64,000 nucleotides of DNA, from the NCBI RefSeq assembly GCF_021869535.1, contig NW_026262593.1:27466001-27530000 (forward strand), written 5' to 3'. Position numbers and translations under genes: made by a program. Under the pieces are notes generated by a model. That model ran no database searches, was not told the origin of the DNA, and saw only the letters and a list, made by a program, of their open reading frames with translations. Shown one piece after another: positions 50,599 to 63,120 of the stretch; position 1 is the first letter of the stretch, and each line of letters begins with the position of its first letter. Source of the stretch: Mytilus californianus. Lineage: Eukaryota.

Positions 50599-50944
50599 AA
50601 TGCAGGTTCATTAATAGGATTCGACCAAGATCAAGGTTGGGTTGGGAAATTTGGACTGCCACTAGAAAACAAAGGTATGCTGGTAAGGGGCAGAACTTTT
50701 GTCCTTCAACAGGCCATCTACAACAACCCCCTCCCCCAAAAGAGTTGTCGCAAAGGGGCTTTATCATACAGAGAGCATCGCATCGGATTGAACGTCCCCA
50801 TTCTAACTGGAAGTTGTTGTGAATTCTAACATCCCGTAGAGCCGAATGGACGCCATACCTTGGCAAGGTTTCACTGCCGGTCGGTAGAAGACCAACAGTT
50901 ACCATATTTCTATACTTAGTCACTTTTTGGGGTTACACCAAGTG

Positions 50945-51430
50945 CTACACGGTTTGATCGACAAAACATTTGTTCAATTTGGTGGCTTGATATTGTTTTA
51001 CAATCGGTATTCAAATTATGTACCACTTTCAGACTTGTTTGAAGCGGAATTGATACAAAACATTTTCAAGACAGACAGTTTAATCCACCGTTTTCTACAT
51101 AAGGAAATGCCTGTACCAAGTCAGAATTATGACAGTTGTTTTCCACTCGTTTGATGTGTTTGAGCTTTTGATTTTGGCAATTAATAAAGGACTTTCCGTT
51201 TTGAATTTTCATTGGAGTTCGGTATTTTTGTTATTTTACTTTTTGATACGTTACGTTTGACCATGTTCATACTATACGAACGTCGATATCATAGGTGTTC
51301 CTCCTTACACAAAAACTGCTAAACAGAATTGTAAGGAAGAACAAATGAAATCGACCCATCGTAAGTTTTACGGTCACCGTCACGAATTGGTTGACTGAAA
51401 GGATCTGTCTATGTCGTAACACACTACCGA
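50945..51430 (+). mobile_element. Older, deleted PLE remnant interrupted by a family B repeat (about 51085-51245)
   Basis: LIDKTFVQFGG...SDLFEAELIQ before and KSTHRKFYGHRHELVD after the insertion. Confidence 0.6.
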
Positions 51431-51944
51431 CATATTTTCGCAGTCTTAGATCTTTTGATACCAGAAAAGTCGCAAAATCTTTAACACTTCCAATTGATTT
51501 ATAACCGATTGTGACATTTTGAGTGTGCATTCGTATGGAGGAGACTCCTACTATGTCGATGCATCCGGTCTCGCTTCTTTTGAAGTTCAGAAAATTCCCT
51601 CATGTTTTGTTTGTTATCTTTGTTTGAGTTCTTTGTCGAATTATGAGTACAGTACTGTTGTCTTAAGTTATACAGGATGATAGTTTTTCGGTGCTAGTTC
51701 ACAAGAACGCGGTCCGTTGTTATACACCCTCCTGCGCTAGTTCTTTATTCTAAGACAGCGCAAGCAAATACTATAATTATAAATACTATTGTAGACAGAA
51801 GTAGGTGGAGCTTTAAACAATTACTTTCTGAATCCTCAACGTTTATAAAAGAAATGATTGTAGCATAATTCGGAGATCAAGTTTCATCACTGTCTTCTAT
51901 TTTGATAAATTGATTATTGATTTTAAATTTCACTTTCAAAACTC

Positions 51945-52140
51945 TTGAGTATTTTATGGCGTCCAGTTTACGTTTGTAGTACCCGGAAAGAACAAGTGAC
52001 CTTCGGCAAGAAAGCTGGAAATCTTAGTCAATTAAGATCGGAGTCGAACGAACCCTTTCACTCGAATTACAGCCTCAGTGTTGACAAGTTAGTGATAACT
52101 GTAGACGGACTACTTACACTCCCTGGCCACTGAGGCATTC
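51945..52140 (-). mobile_element. Internally deleted V-SINE-like copy
   Basis: CTTAGTCAATTAAGATCGGAGTCGAA...CAGCCTCAGTGTTGAC...GGCCACTGAGGC matches 32650-32775. Confidence 0.65.
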
Positions 52141-52254
52141 TTGTCTGCTTGAAGTAAAAATGACGTATAAAGCTTTCAAATAATAGATATTTTGGGATTA
52201 TTCTTATACTGGTTTCTGGTTAGTCAGTCAGTACTATAATACTATTTTGGCATG

Positions 52255-52545
52255 TTTCCCCTTTTCCCTGATTGTGACCTACCGAATTATACTTATCACT
52301 GGGTTTGTACTTACATAAGCAACACGACGGATGCCATATGTGGACAAGGATCTGATCACCCGTCCGGAGCACCTGAGATCGCCCAGGTTTTGGTGGGGTT
52401 CGTGTTGCTCAGTCTTTATTTTTCTATGCTGTGTTTTGCGTACTTTTATTTATCTGTTTGTTTGTTGATCATTTTCTTTTTAGCCATGGTGTTGTCAGTT
52501 TATTTTCGACTTATAAGTCTCTTTGGTATTTTTCGCCTCTCTTGA
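52255..52545 (+). mobile_element. PLE 3' tail copy with intact closing stem
   Basis: AGCAACACGA (52318-52327) is complementary to TCGTGTTGCT (52400-52409). Confidence 0.8.
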
Positions 52546-53629
52546 ATTGACTATGAGAAATTGTAGCATCGATTGATAACATGATAGTGCACTTTTCCTT
52601 CTAGTCGTGATATATGTATTCAAATGTGGCTACTTTTTAACATAAACATTAATACACTACATTGTTCCACAAATATTAAAATGAACGAAAATCTTCACTG
52701 TTTATGATAGTCAAATGGAACACGATTTGTCATAAGTCTAAATTTGCATTCGATATTCAGTGAAAATAAACATTATATACATCGTGCATTGATTTTAATT
52801 CCCAATTAGCAGGTCATAAATTGTGTTGATAAAAAAAAAAAACTGCAGGAACTTTATAGCCTTTTATTGAAAAGAGTAATACTAATGGATAGGATGAATG
52901 CAAAATGAATATGTAATAGTGAATGTTATTGTCTGAAACTATCCAACACCTTTCATTTAATGATTAAATAAATATAATTCCCGTTTATGTTTTGATGCAC
53001 ATTAAGTGGTGCGTTTTATTTATTGTTTTTACATTCGAGTTAAACATAAATTATACATTTCAATTAATAACAGAAAAAGATCGAAGGTAACTAATTATTT
53101 TACATTTTATATTGACACTATTTTGCTTTTTGTTTGTTTGTTTGTTTGGTTGTCTTTTCTTTTTAGGAAGGCCGTGTTTTAATCTAAAGAATTGTATAAT
53201 TGATTTAAGCGTTGTTTGGTTTTTGTCTCTCTGATGTTGTTTCCCAAATATCCGTTTATTGATTTTCATAACAACAACAATAACACAAAACGAAACAACA
53301 AAATGAAAATTAAACAAGCAAAAATTAAAACTGAACGTTAAAACAATTCAAAACAGAAAAAAACCGAAAGTAACGTGGAATTAAAACATAACAGAATTAA
53401 ACAAATATTACTCTCCCCGAAAATAATAGAAGAAAAAAAAAAAGAAATAACAACTTAAACCACAACAAATATAAAAAAAGAAGAACCCCAAAATAGTTAT
53501 AGTAATAATAAACGATACACTTTTGACGCAGAGATATGTCTCGTCACTATAAAGTTTGGATAGTAAAATGCAAGTATTGGAATTATAATAGAAATACTTT
53601 AAGAAATAGATGTAGCTATACAAAACATT

Positions 53630-54300
53630 CCAAGGTCAATAAATCATGATTGAAGGTGCAGAGTCAAATGATATCAATAGACATGAGATATTCCAATGCT
53701 AATACAACTGCATAACAAATATTATTAAGATGTAATAAATGGTCCCCCTTAAACTGACCTACTTGCTGTTCGGTGTGAGCCAAGGCTCCGTGTTGAATGC
53801 CGTACTTTGACCTATAATTGTTTACTTTTTACACATTACGACTTGGATGGATAGTTGTCTCATTGGCACTCATACCACATCTTCTTATTTATAATTATTA
53901 TGTAAAACTGCATAAAAAAACCTATGAACCATGACTGAGGGAGCGGAGCCATATAGTCTCCCAAGAAATGAGACAGGCTTATAATAATGCAACTGCATAC
54001 CAAATCTCATTGACTTCCAATAAGTTGTTACCCTTAAATTGACCTTATCACAAACTTTAACATGTAAATTTGCAAAAGTTTCAAATGCAATAGATCATGA
54101 GGGGGCGGAGCCATAAAAATCGTCATGGACATGAGATATGATAATGATATTACAAATGCATACCAAATATTATTGACGTACCATTAGGGGTTCCTCCTAA
54201 AATGGCTTAATCAAAACAAACATTAAAAAAATGTTGAAGCCGACGCCGCCGCCGCCGGAATGAGTACTCTAGGGTCTCGCCTTTACTTCTTCGTAGAGGT
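53630..54300 (+). mobile_element. HINE/Helentron-like non-autonomous element with three internal units of about 165 bp, interrupted by a family C copy (53763-53895)
   Basis: Repeated CATGA..GAG..GCGGAGCCA...ATGAGA...ACTGCATACCAAAT...CCCTTAAA.TGACCT units, followed by GCCGACGCCGCCGCCGCCGG and a GTCTCGCC subterminal motif resembling bivalve HINEs. Confidence 0.6.
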
Positions 54301-55448
54301 GCAGTGAATGTGAGATATAGTTGTCATAATTGATTTTGTGCGTCTATTTTTTGCCTTGAATTCTTTAACAATATCAATTTTCCCCTCTTCACAATATATT
54401 ATGTAGGAAAGAAAGACTTTGTCTAGATTAACTAATTATGTTATTTGATTTTTCAAGTACGATAGATATCACATTATTCTCGGTTTAACTGTCTGATATA
54501 TACATTGAGAAACCCTCCTGTGGTCACGTAGTAACATGAATGCTGCGATGAATGTATGGCTTAAAATGGGTTTCCAGTCATGTTTTCTGCTCTTTGGTCG
54601 GGTTGTTGTCTCTTTGAAACATTCCCCATTTCCATTCTCAATTGTATAGTCTTTAATATTTGTTCATACCTTACGTACTTGGCGGATGGAATATATATTG
54701 TTGCGAACTGTTGACTTGATAGCTGACACGCTACAAGTTTAACTGGATTGGAGTGTCAGTCTAGAACAAAGAATATATTTAAATATTCATATCACATATA
54801 TCGTCTTAAAAATGTTGCGCGATGGTTTCCTGAGCATCATTCCATCAACTAATTCTGACATGGAAAACTAATAAAAAAAATTATACAGAACATACAAACC
54901 ATTCCACCCTTCATCCAACTTTATGGATCAAAGATTAAAAAACAAATGAAGGAAAACGATATTTTAAAAGATTGGAAGATATAAGCATTTTAAAAAAAAA
55001 ATCGGTAAAGTCACTTCATAAGAAATTTAATTACAATAATATGTCAGTATAACTGAAATTTGATCTGATGTGAACCATGAAAATATCTAAAACAGTTTAT
55101 GTAATGATAGATTGCAGATATGTATCGAAGTTTATTAATGAACACGCGGTATTTATGGAACTGGGTTTAAATCGCTTCATTAAAATTTTAATTGTAGACT
55201 TTCTTCGATTAAAAAATAACGAAGATGTGGTATAAACGCCAATGGGACAACTCTCCACCAAAGACCAACAATGAGCAATACCCATACCGCATAATCTGCT
55301 ATAAAATCCCCGAAATGACAAATGTAAAACAATTCAAACGCAAAAACGAATGGCCTGGTTTATGTACAGAATAACGGACGAAAAACAAATATGATATACA
55401 GCAACAAACGACAATCGCTGAATTACAAACTCCTGACTTAGGTACCTA

Positions 55449-56890
55449 GTAAAGTTTTCTGCAAAATTATCCGCATGAAACTCAACTATGCAATAGATGA
55501 AATTATATGTTAGAAAGGAACAAGTAGGATTAGGACCTGGGGTTGAATGCATAGATCACATATTCACTTTAAGAAACATCATGGAACAGTGCATATAATG
55601 GAACACCAAATAACATATAAATTTCGTCGATTTTGAAAGGGATTTTGACATTATCCACAGGGAAAGTCTTTGGAAGATCCTCAAAGCATATGGATGCCCA
55701 GAAAAACTCGTTCAAATAATCAAAAGCTTCTACAACAACTTGTCATGTAGCGTTATCCACAACAACAAAATAAGCAACTGGTGCAATATCACCAGTGGGG
55801 TACGACAAGGATGAATCATGTCACCTATGCTTTTCCTTGTCGCTATCGATGCGGCAATGAGGCAAGCAATAGGGAATAAAAAATAGAGGAATTAGATGGA
55901 ACTTTTAAACAACAATGCTGGAAGATCTAGAATTTGCAGATAATTAAGCTATACTTTCAAGCAATGCTGACCATCTACAGAAGAAAACCCAAGATCAAGC
56001 CAAATATGCACACTAAATTGGATTGAACAATAGCAAGAAAAAAACAAAAACAATGCAGCTTACACTTTTGTTTTTCATTTTAGTTTTCTGAGAAATCAAA
56101 AACGAAAAATGAAAACACTTTCGTTTTCTGTTTTGGTTTTTGAGAAATCAAAAACGAAAAACAAAAACACTTTTGTTTTTCGTTTTTTGTTTTTGATATC
56201 TCAAAACAAACAAAAAAAGAATGGACGCAAATATACACGGACCCTTACATCTACCTTCACTGAAATCAAACTAGAGGGTGACCCACTAGAAGTAGACGAC
56301 TTTACTTTGCTGCGTACTTTTCTAAGCAAAAACAACGCAACAGAAAAACACATCTCATACAGACTCCAGAAGGCAGAACATCTTTTCACCAAATAAATAA
56401 AATATGGCGGACAGGCAACATAAGTGAAAAAAAAACAAAAATAAAGATCTACCCGAGTAATGTGCTTTTTATCTTGTTGTATGATGTAGAATGCTGGAGA
56501 ATAACACAGAAAGACAGCCAGAGACTCTTTGGATTTCACACCAAATATTTTAGGAAAATTTGTAAGATATATTGGTCAGCAAAGATATCAAATAAAGACC
56601 TATACGAAAGAGCAGGACAAAAAGATCTGATGATCACCATAAAACAACGGAGATAAAGATGGCTAGAACACTATAAGAAAAGCCCAGAATAACATCACCA
56701 AAAAAGCTCTGAAATGGACACCATAGGAAGGTAAAAGAACTAGAGGAAGATCAAAAGAAACATGGAGAAGGACAATTGACAGTGAATTTAAAAGCATGAG
56801 AAAGACCTTGGGTGAAATGGAAAAGATTAAAAAGGAAAGACAACAGTGGAGAGACCTGGTATCAGCCTTATAATCAAGCCGACGTGAAGA
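55449..56890 (+). mobile_element. RTE-clade LINE RT pseudogene, 5'-truncated
   Basis: Decayed CIDHIFTLRNIMEQ, INFVDFERDFDIIHRESLWKILKAYGCP, SGVRQG, LEDLEFAD, KALKWTP.GKR.RGR.KETWRRT; many stops. Confidence 0.88.
56065..56243 (-). repeat. Insertion of about 3 imperfectly palindromic units of about 50 bp, flanked by CTTACA direct repeats, inside the RTE
   Basis: CTTACA at 56059-56064 and 56244-56249; removing the insert and one CTTACA restores MQLTSTFTEIKLEGDPLEVDDF. Confidence 0.75.
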
Positions 56891-58065
56891 GAATAAAGTT
56901 AGGACTTTGGACAGGCGCATACAGAATATGGCGGGGTTAAACTAGTTTGAAGGCATCATTCCTCCCCCTAACCTGGGACAGTGGTGTAACAGTACAACAT
57001 AAGAACAAGCTATGAAAATTAGTTGAAAAGGGCTTAACTAATCAGATCGATACAAAGCAGAAATACATCTAACAAAATCACAGACCGGACGTGGCAGGTT
57101 ACTTATAGATCCCTACAACAAAAAAGACACTAATACAGATCTGAGAGTATTCGCAGTTACTGACAGCTAGTTCAAAGCCAACAACAACTAATAAAAAAAT
57201 CATGCATCTAAGACTAAAATATCAATCAGTTCACATCCAACTTCAATGGATTTAGTGTAAAGACGTCATTAACAGTCAGAGAAAAAACATGACTTTGTGC
57301 AATACCAAGATACAAGTATCGACATATTGTAGAGTCATGGATGTGCTTATGTATATAAAAAATAATATTTAGTTTGATTTTGATTTACTGATAACAAAAT
57401 CAAGGTTAATACCAACAAAAAATAGTATTCAAAGATCTAATTACAAACCTTTTAGAATAATTTATTTAAAAGATCGATAAGTTTACCCGGATCGTATCTA
57501 AATTTCCGGGCTCGGTAAACCACGGGACTTCCGTGTGGTATTTACGGTATACCACCGCCACATTGTTGGCTGCTTTGTCGGCAGATACAAACACAAACCG
57601 CTCTGCGAGTACTTGAATTTTTTTCTTATTCTAGAAACAGGCGTATTATTTTCTCTTTTATTTATTTCTAAATTATTTTCAAAATGTGATATTCGATTAT
57701 CCACAACATTCATACATTTATTTAGATAAGAATGAAGAGATTTTTATCAGATTTTTTCCGTGTTAGAATTTGTTTATAATAAGATGAAAGAGCGTCTTTT
57801 ATGGCCCGACATTTTAAGTGTTTGAATAGACAAACGTTCTCATGATTTTTTTAAGCCAAATTCCGTAATTAATCCTATAATTAGATATCCCTTTGTACGA
57901 GTTGTTTCCTTTGGCATGGATACACATTTTCTTTGCAAATGAAGAGCAAGCGGATAAGGCAAATTTATCAGTACGTAATGAGTGTAATCTCTTTGATAAC
58001 TTAAATTTTTTTTAAGGTAAACGTTTTGATATCAATAGGGTTTTCAACGAAAAGTTGTACTGATT

Positions 58066-58660
58066 AAACTCATCATAGATACCAGTACACTAAAGAGATT
58101 TATCCTGTTGAACCAACTTTAAATAAAGCTAATACTAACAATGAACACTGCCCTTTCCTGGATCCTGATATCTATATCATTAACGGGAAGCTTAATACCA
58201 AAATTTATGATAAAAGAGATGATTTTTCATTTCCTATTGTTAATTATCCATTTTAAGATGGTGACGTTCCCTTGTCACCATCGTATAGTGCTTATATATC
58301 TCAACTTGTACGATTCGCTCGTGTATGTAACAACGTATTAGATTTAAGCGAAAGAAATCTATGTATTACTGAAAAATTATTACACCAGGGTTTTCGATAT
58401 CACTATAAACTAGTCAAAACATTTACTCAATTTTATCATCGGTACAAGATCATCATTCGTAAATATAAATCAACATGCAGACATCTTATACGTTCAGATA
58501 TTTCACATCAAATCTTTTACGGTAATATTCTTTACAAAGCACAAAAATGTCGGCATTCACCTCTAAAGCTAACAAAACCTTTAAACAGACTTATTAAGAA
58601 GGGATATAGTTACGACACTGTTGTCAGGTCATTAAAGATGTTTTTCAATTCTTTGACATG
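58066..58660 (+). mobile_element. Second PLE family, RT C-terminal fragment
   Basis: KEIYPVE..LNKANTNNEHCPFLD.DI.IINGKLNTKIYDKRDDFSFPIVNYPFLDGDVPLSPSYSAYISQLVRFARVC; frameshifted. Confidence 0.85.
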
Positions 58661-58744
58661 GCCTGTGTGAAATACATGTTTCTATCATAGCATGTGAAAT
58701 ACATTGTAATCATCAACTTGTTGTGAGCAAAGCAAAGTGTGCTT

Positions 58745-59040
58745 GTAACATGTCAGCTGCATTTTTATGCACCTGTCCTAAGTCAGGAGCATGTTTTTCA
58801 GTGGTTGTCGTTTGTTGGTGTTTCTCGTTTCTCGTTTTTTATATAGATTAGACCGTTGGTTTTCCTGTTTGAATGGTTTAACACTAGTCATTTTGGGGCC
58901 TTTTATAGCTTGCTGTTCGGTGTGAGCCACGGCTCCGCATTCAAGGCCATACTTTGACCTATAATTGTTTACTTTTTACAAATTGTGACTTGGATGGATA
59001 GTTGTCTCATTAGCACTCATACCACATCATCTTATTTATA
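58745..59040 (-). mobile_element. Family C repeat
   Basis: Matches 3640-3912. Confidence 0.8.
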
Positions 59041-61087
59041 TATACAGACTATCTAGACCATGTGTTGTTAATTGTCTTTATTGTACGTGTTCGTCTACTG
59101 TTTCGAATGAGTCGGTGTGGTTGGTTGTACTATCCAATTCGTAAGGTAATTCAGGTTATCCTTTTGATTTTTTTGTATTACTGAGAAATTAGTATTCGTA
59201 TTACCCCTGACAAGCCTTATTCCATAGGCCAAATGCCAGTACCCGCCGCGCGAGTACCGGTGGTGTTTAAGACAATCATGTGTATGCAAATATCAACTAT
59301 TTACAGCAAATAATTTCAAAAGTATGTTCCGATACTATGCCTTACAGTTGAACTAAATAGTTGTCATAGAGAAATACTTTGACATATAAAGAGCAGTCGT
59401 CGCAATTTCACCCGATTCCGTACTTCAAACTAGAGAGCACAGATTCGCCCGTGGTTTGCCGATTGTTATTGCAACTTATCTTTAAAAAAACCAATAAAAC
59501 ATGTAATGACTTGATGCAATTATCTATAATGGATATTTATAAGATGTTAAAAGATCGATAACGGGTGTTTAGTAGATTTCAACCCATATATATATTCTTT
59601 AATAATTGATCAATAGAAGTACACGAAGCCTCCATTGTGTCTATTTGTTTTTGGTTATTTTTTCATTTGATACATCCCATAGAATTAAAAAAATCCATTA
59701 ACTGTACCATTAAGAGATCCGTTTCGGCACAAACCAACTGATATTCATTCAATAAACCTCAATGCATACTTCTGTCGAATCGTTAATGAATGCTTAAGAG
59801 TACATAAAGTCTTGTCAGTCAATACGTCATTAATATATCCTTTTGTGTTTATGAAATGGATTAGCATGAGACATGGAATGATGGTATAAAAATAAAAATG
59901 AGACAATATCCAAAATGAATGACTATTACAAAACGAGCTGGATTGTTTGGACTGGAAACTGGATCTAAAAATTATAAGAGCAAAGAAACTTTATTTTGAA
60001 AATTTTGTAACTTTGTTCATGTCCTATATAATTCTTTCTTTCTTTCCTATATAGCTATTTCGTTCATGTCTTACATTATCATTCTAACTAATAATAAAAG
60101 TTTCAAATGTTAAGGTATGATTTGAAGATTATAGGTCCCGATGGTATTTTTTTTTATGTTTACTCCTGGTTTGCCTAAATTTGATTTTACCAACTATACA
60201 TTAGTTAAGTTAAGAAAAAGACAAAAGGTTTAATGAGCATATAATTGTATATTCTGTTCCAATTTTATATTTGTGATTTCTATATATTCAGGTATCTTTC
60301 ATTGTTTATCCATGTTTATTTGTGAAGATAAATAGAAAATAGATCAATACATTTTTTTTTTCTTCAATAAACCTGAATGTCAATTCATTGGAATCATTTA
60401 ACAGACAACTAAATTGATATATATGGAGGACTCTGGACCGCGATGGTACTCCGAACCGCGATGGTTACTCTGAAATACGATGGCTTGACGCTGAAGTGTG
60501 TTTTTGATCACGCTGAAGTGCGATGGTACCGCTTTTTGTTGGTAGCTACGCCGACGTGTGTTGCTGGTAACGCTAAAAAAAAAAAAAACCAGAAACAAAA
60601 AACAAAAAACAAAACCATCAGATACAACAAAGCTTTAGCCAGGAGGACAAACACAATTATTTGCACATTTGATATATCTACAAAGTGTCTTAAGAATGTC
60701 TTTTCGGTTACAGGACATTAGTTTTAAAAATTTTATTGCGTAATATTTGTTAGTAAAATAAGTTTTAATATATTTCTTTCGTTCTTGGGTTCATTATGAT
60801 TGTCTCAAAGTCATAATATGTAGAAGATACTATGTTGTATATGCATACTCAGTGGTGTCATGTTGTTACCCTTGGGTTTCTGTTTTAGGTCAGCTAGCCT
60901 GTTGTCAATTTCAGTGTTCATTTTTTAGCGTTGACGACATTAACTACCTGCTGAGTACTGGATGATTCTAACCTAAATAGTTGTTTGCTGTTTCTGCCGT
61001 AGATTTACCAAGATGAATATGTTTGAACGTGGGTACTCTACACGATTCCTTAGTGTATGCCATTCTTCTTAAAAAAAAACCCACACA

Positions 61088-61155
61088 TATCATAGATAGC
61101 AGGACGCCAGACGCGCGTTTCGTCTACAAAAGACACACCAGTGACATTCGAATCT
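61088..61155 (-). ncRNA. Nearly complete minimal type I hammerhead motif (61104-61146) with mutated core
   Basis: Minus strand TGTCA-CTGGTGT-GTCT-TTTGT-AGAC-GAAA-C-GCGC-G-TC-TGGCGT; the CUGAUGA box carries two substitutions. Confidence 0.75.
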
Positions 61156-61619
61156 AAATGGTTGTTTATTTAATTTTAACATATTTTATTTGCTAGATCT
61201 GAGCAAAATATTTGTTTGTTCTTAGGTCCACAGTTTCGAAATGGATCCAGAGGTAGCGGTTAGTCTCAATCCAGTATTCTGTGACATAGTCTGTATATAC
61301 TGAAGTTTTGATGTACATGTAAGTGTTAGTTTTTTGGAATTCTTTTAATGCATTCTATAAAACGTCCTCTTCTCGCTGCATTTGTACAAGTGGGAGCACT
61401 GCTGGATGTCGAACCAATTGGTTGATGTCATTGTTGTTCTTGTAACTCGTTTACAAGAAAGTATCCTTTATCCATTTACATTAGGTACAATGCAAGAAGC
61501 AACCATTGCCTATGATACATTGAAATACTTCATACGCTTCATTACATACCGCAATTTCATAATTTAATAAGATAGTAGTTTGTTGTAGTTGTATATCGTG
61601 GCATTGGCATGCTTGTTTC

Positions 61620-62497
61620 AGTAGTGTCAAGAAACTTGTGTAGAAGACTTGGCTTTGACCAGGTAGTAATGCGTAAACAAGTGGGTAGATGACTCAATCG
61701 ACAATACCATGGAAGGCATCGAGTTGTAAAACAAAAACATCTGTTGTTTCTCGAACAAGCAAGGATATGCCAAGACTAGACAAAGCTACCCGGAATATCG
61801 TCAGAAGTCGTTTTCAGGCCGGTGAATTACAGAATGCAGACGCTAGACTTTATAATTTTCATCAAAGCAGTTTACTGGCTACATCCTAGTTTTAACCTGA
61901 GAAACTGGACCGTAGCTACAACAAATGTTCCAGGTCCCTGAAAAACGTGTGAGGATTTGGGGTGTCATATCTTACGCCCGAAAAACTCAACTGATGCACC
62001 TTAATGCCGATCGCTACAGAGATGAGGTTTAGACGCCACACAGGCTGCTCATGACGAACCTCTGTTGGGAATATTTTTGTAACACGACAACGCTTGTTCG
62101 TACTTTCTATTCAACCAGAATGTAGCAGCGCTCCTCTTGGTCGTCAAAATCATCAGATTTGAACCCAATATATCATTTGTGAAATGAATAAGATAAACGC
62201 GTGCGCATTCGTCATCCAGAGCCGAAAACTCTGCAAGAATTGCAGCAGTCTCTTAGGCAAAATTCCACCAGGCCGTATTTGTCGATTGGTCAAGTCTATT
62301 CTGAGACGGGTCTATGCTGTAATACAGGTTTATGGCGGGCATAATGACTTTAAAATAACGTCATCTGCACGCTATTGACGTTAATGTGATAAATGTTCAG
62401 TGCTATGTGATGCTATATCTGTATTAGAAATAATGTTGAAATTTGAAGTTAACATTATGTTTTCATATTTTTTTTTTCTTTTTATGGGAGAGTATAC
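61620..62497 (+). mobile_element. Decayed, internally deleted Tc1/mariner transposon
   Basis: MPRLDKATRNIVRSRFQAGE...ARLYNFHQS (paired-like HTH, ATG 61767), HDNA, SKSSDLNPI, GGH end motif; boundaries approximate. Confidence 0.75.
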
Positions 62498-62864
62498 ATT
62501 AGACAAGAAACTGATATAAAGTTGAATACAAAAAACATATGTTTTACAAGATCACTAAAGGTACATAATATACAGTTTTTATGTACTAAACATGCTAAAG
62601 AACAGAAACAAACTACTACAATTCAATCGATATTTTTTTGTTTTATTCCTTGCCATAGACCGGTACATTTAAGTTGGTTGCTTCTTTAGTATATATGTAT
62701 ACACTATGTGATTTTTTTATCTTGAACATTAACCGTTTTATAAACATGAAATGTATTTTAATCGTCAATCGTGGAAGTTTATCAAACCTTAAAGCGTGGA
62801 CAATCTCATGACGGCTATATATAAAACGTGTATTTACAGTGACCCTTACGATTATTGCTATGGA

Positions 62865-63120
62865 ATGTAAAATAACAAAAATACGGAACTTCAATGGAAA
62901 TTCAAAATGGAAAGTCCTTTATAAAATGACAAAAACAAAAGCTCACACACATCAAACGAATGGAAAACAAATGTCATATTCCTGACTTGGTACAAGCATT
63001 TCCTTATGTAGAAGATGGTGGATTAAACCTGGTTTTTATAGCTAGCTAAACCTCTCACTTGTATGACAGTCCCATATAATTCCATTATATTGACAACAAT
63101 GTGTGAGCAAAACAAACATA
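62865..63120 (-). mobile_element. Family B repeat
   Basis: Reverse complement of 40150-40440. Confidence 0.8.

Larger units (their letters stand above)
55200..57295 (+). mobile_element. Host family C-related repeat split by the RTE insertion (55200-55445 and 56895-57295)
   Basis: Element continuity CTCCTGACTTAGG ... GGACTTTGGACAGGC suggests a degenerate GACTT(A/T)GG duplication. Confidence 0.6.
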
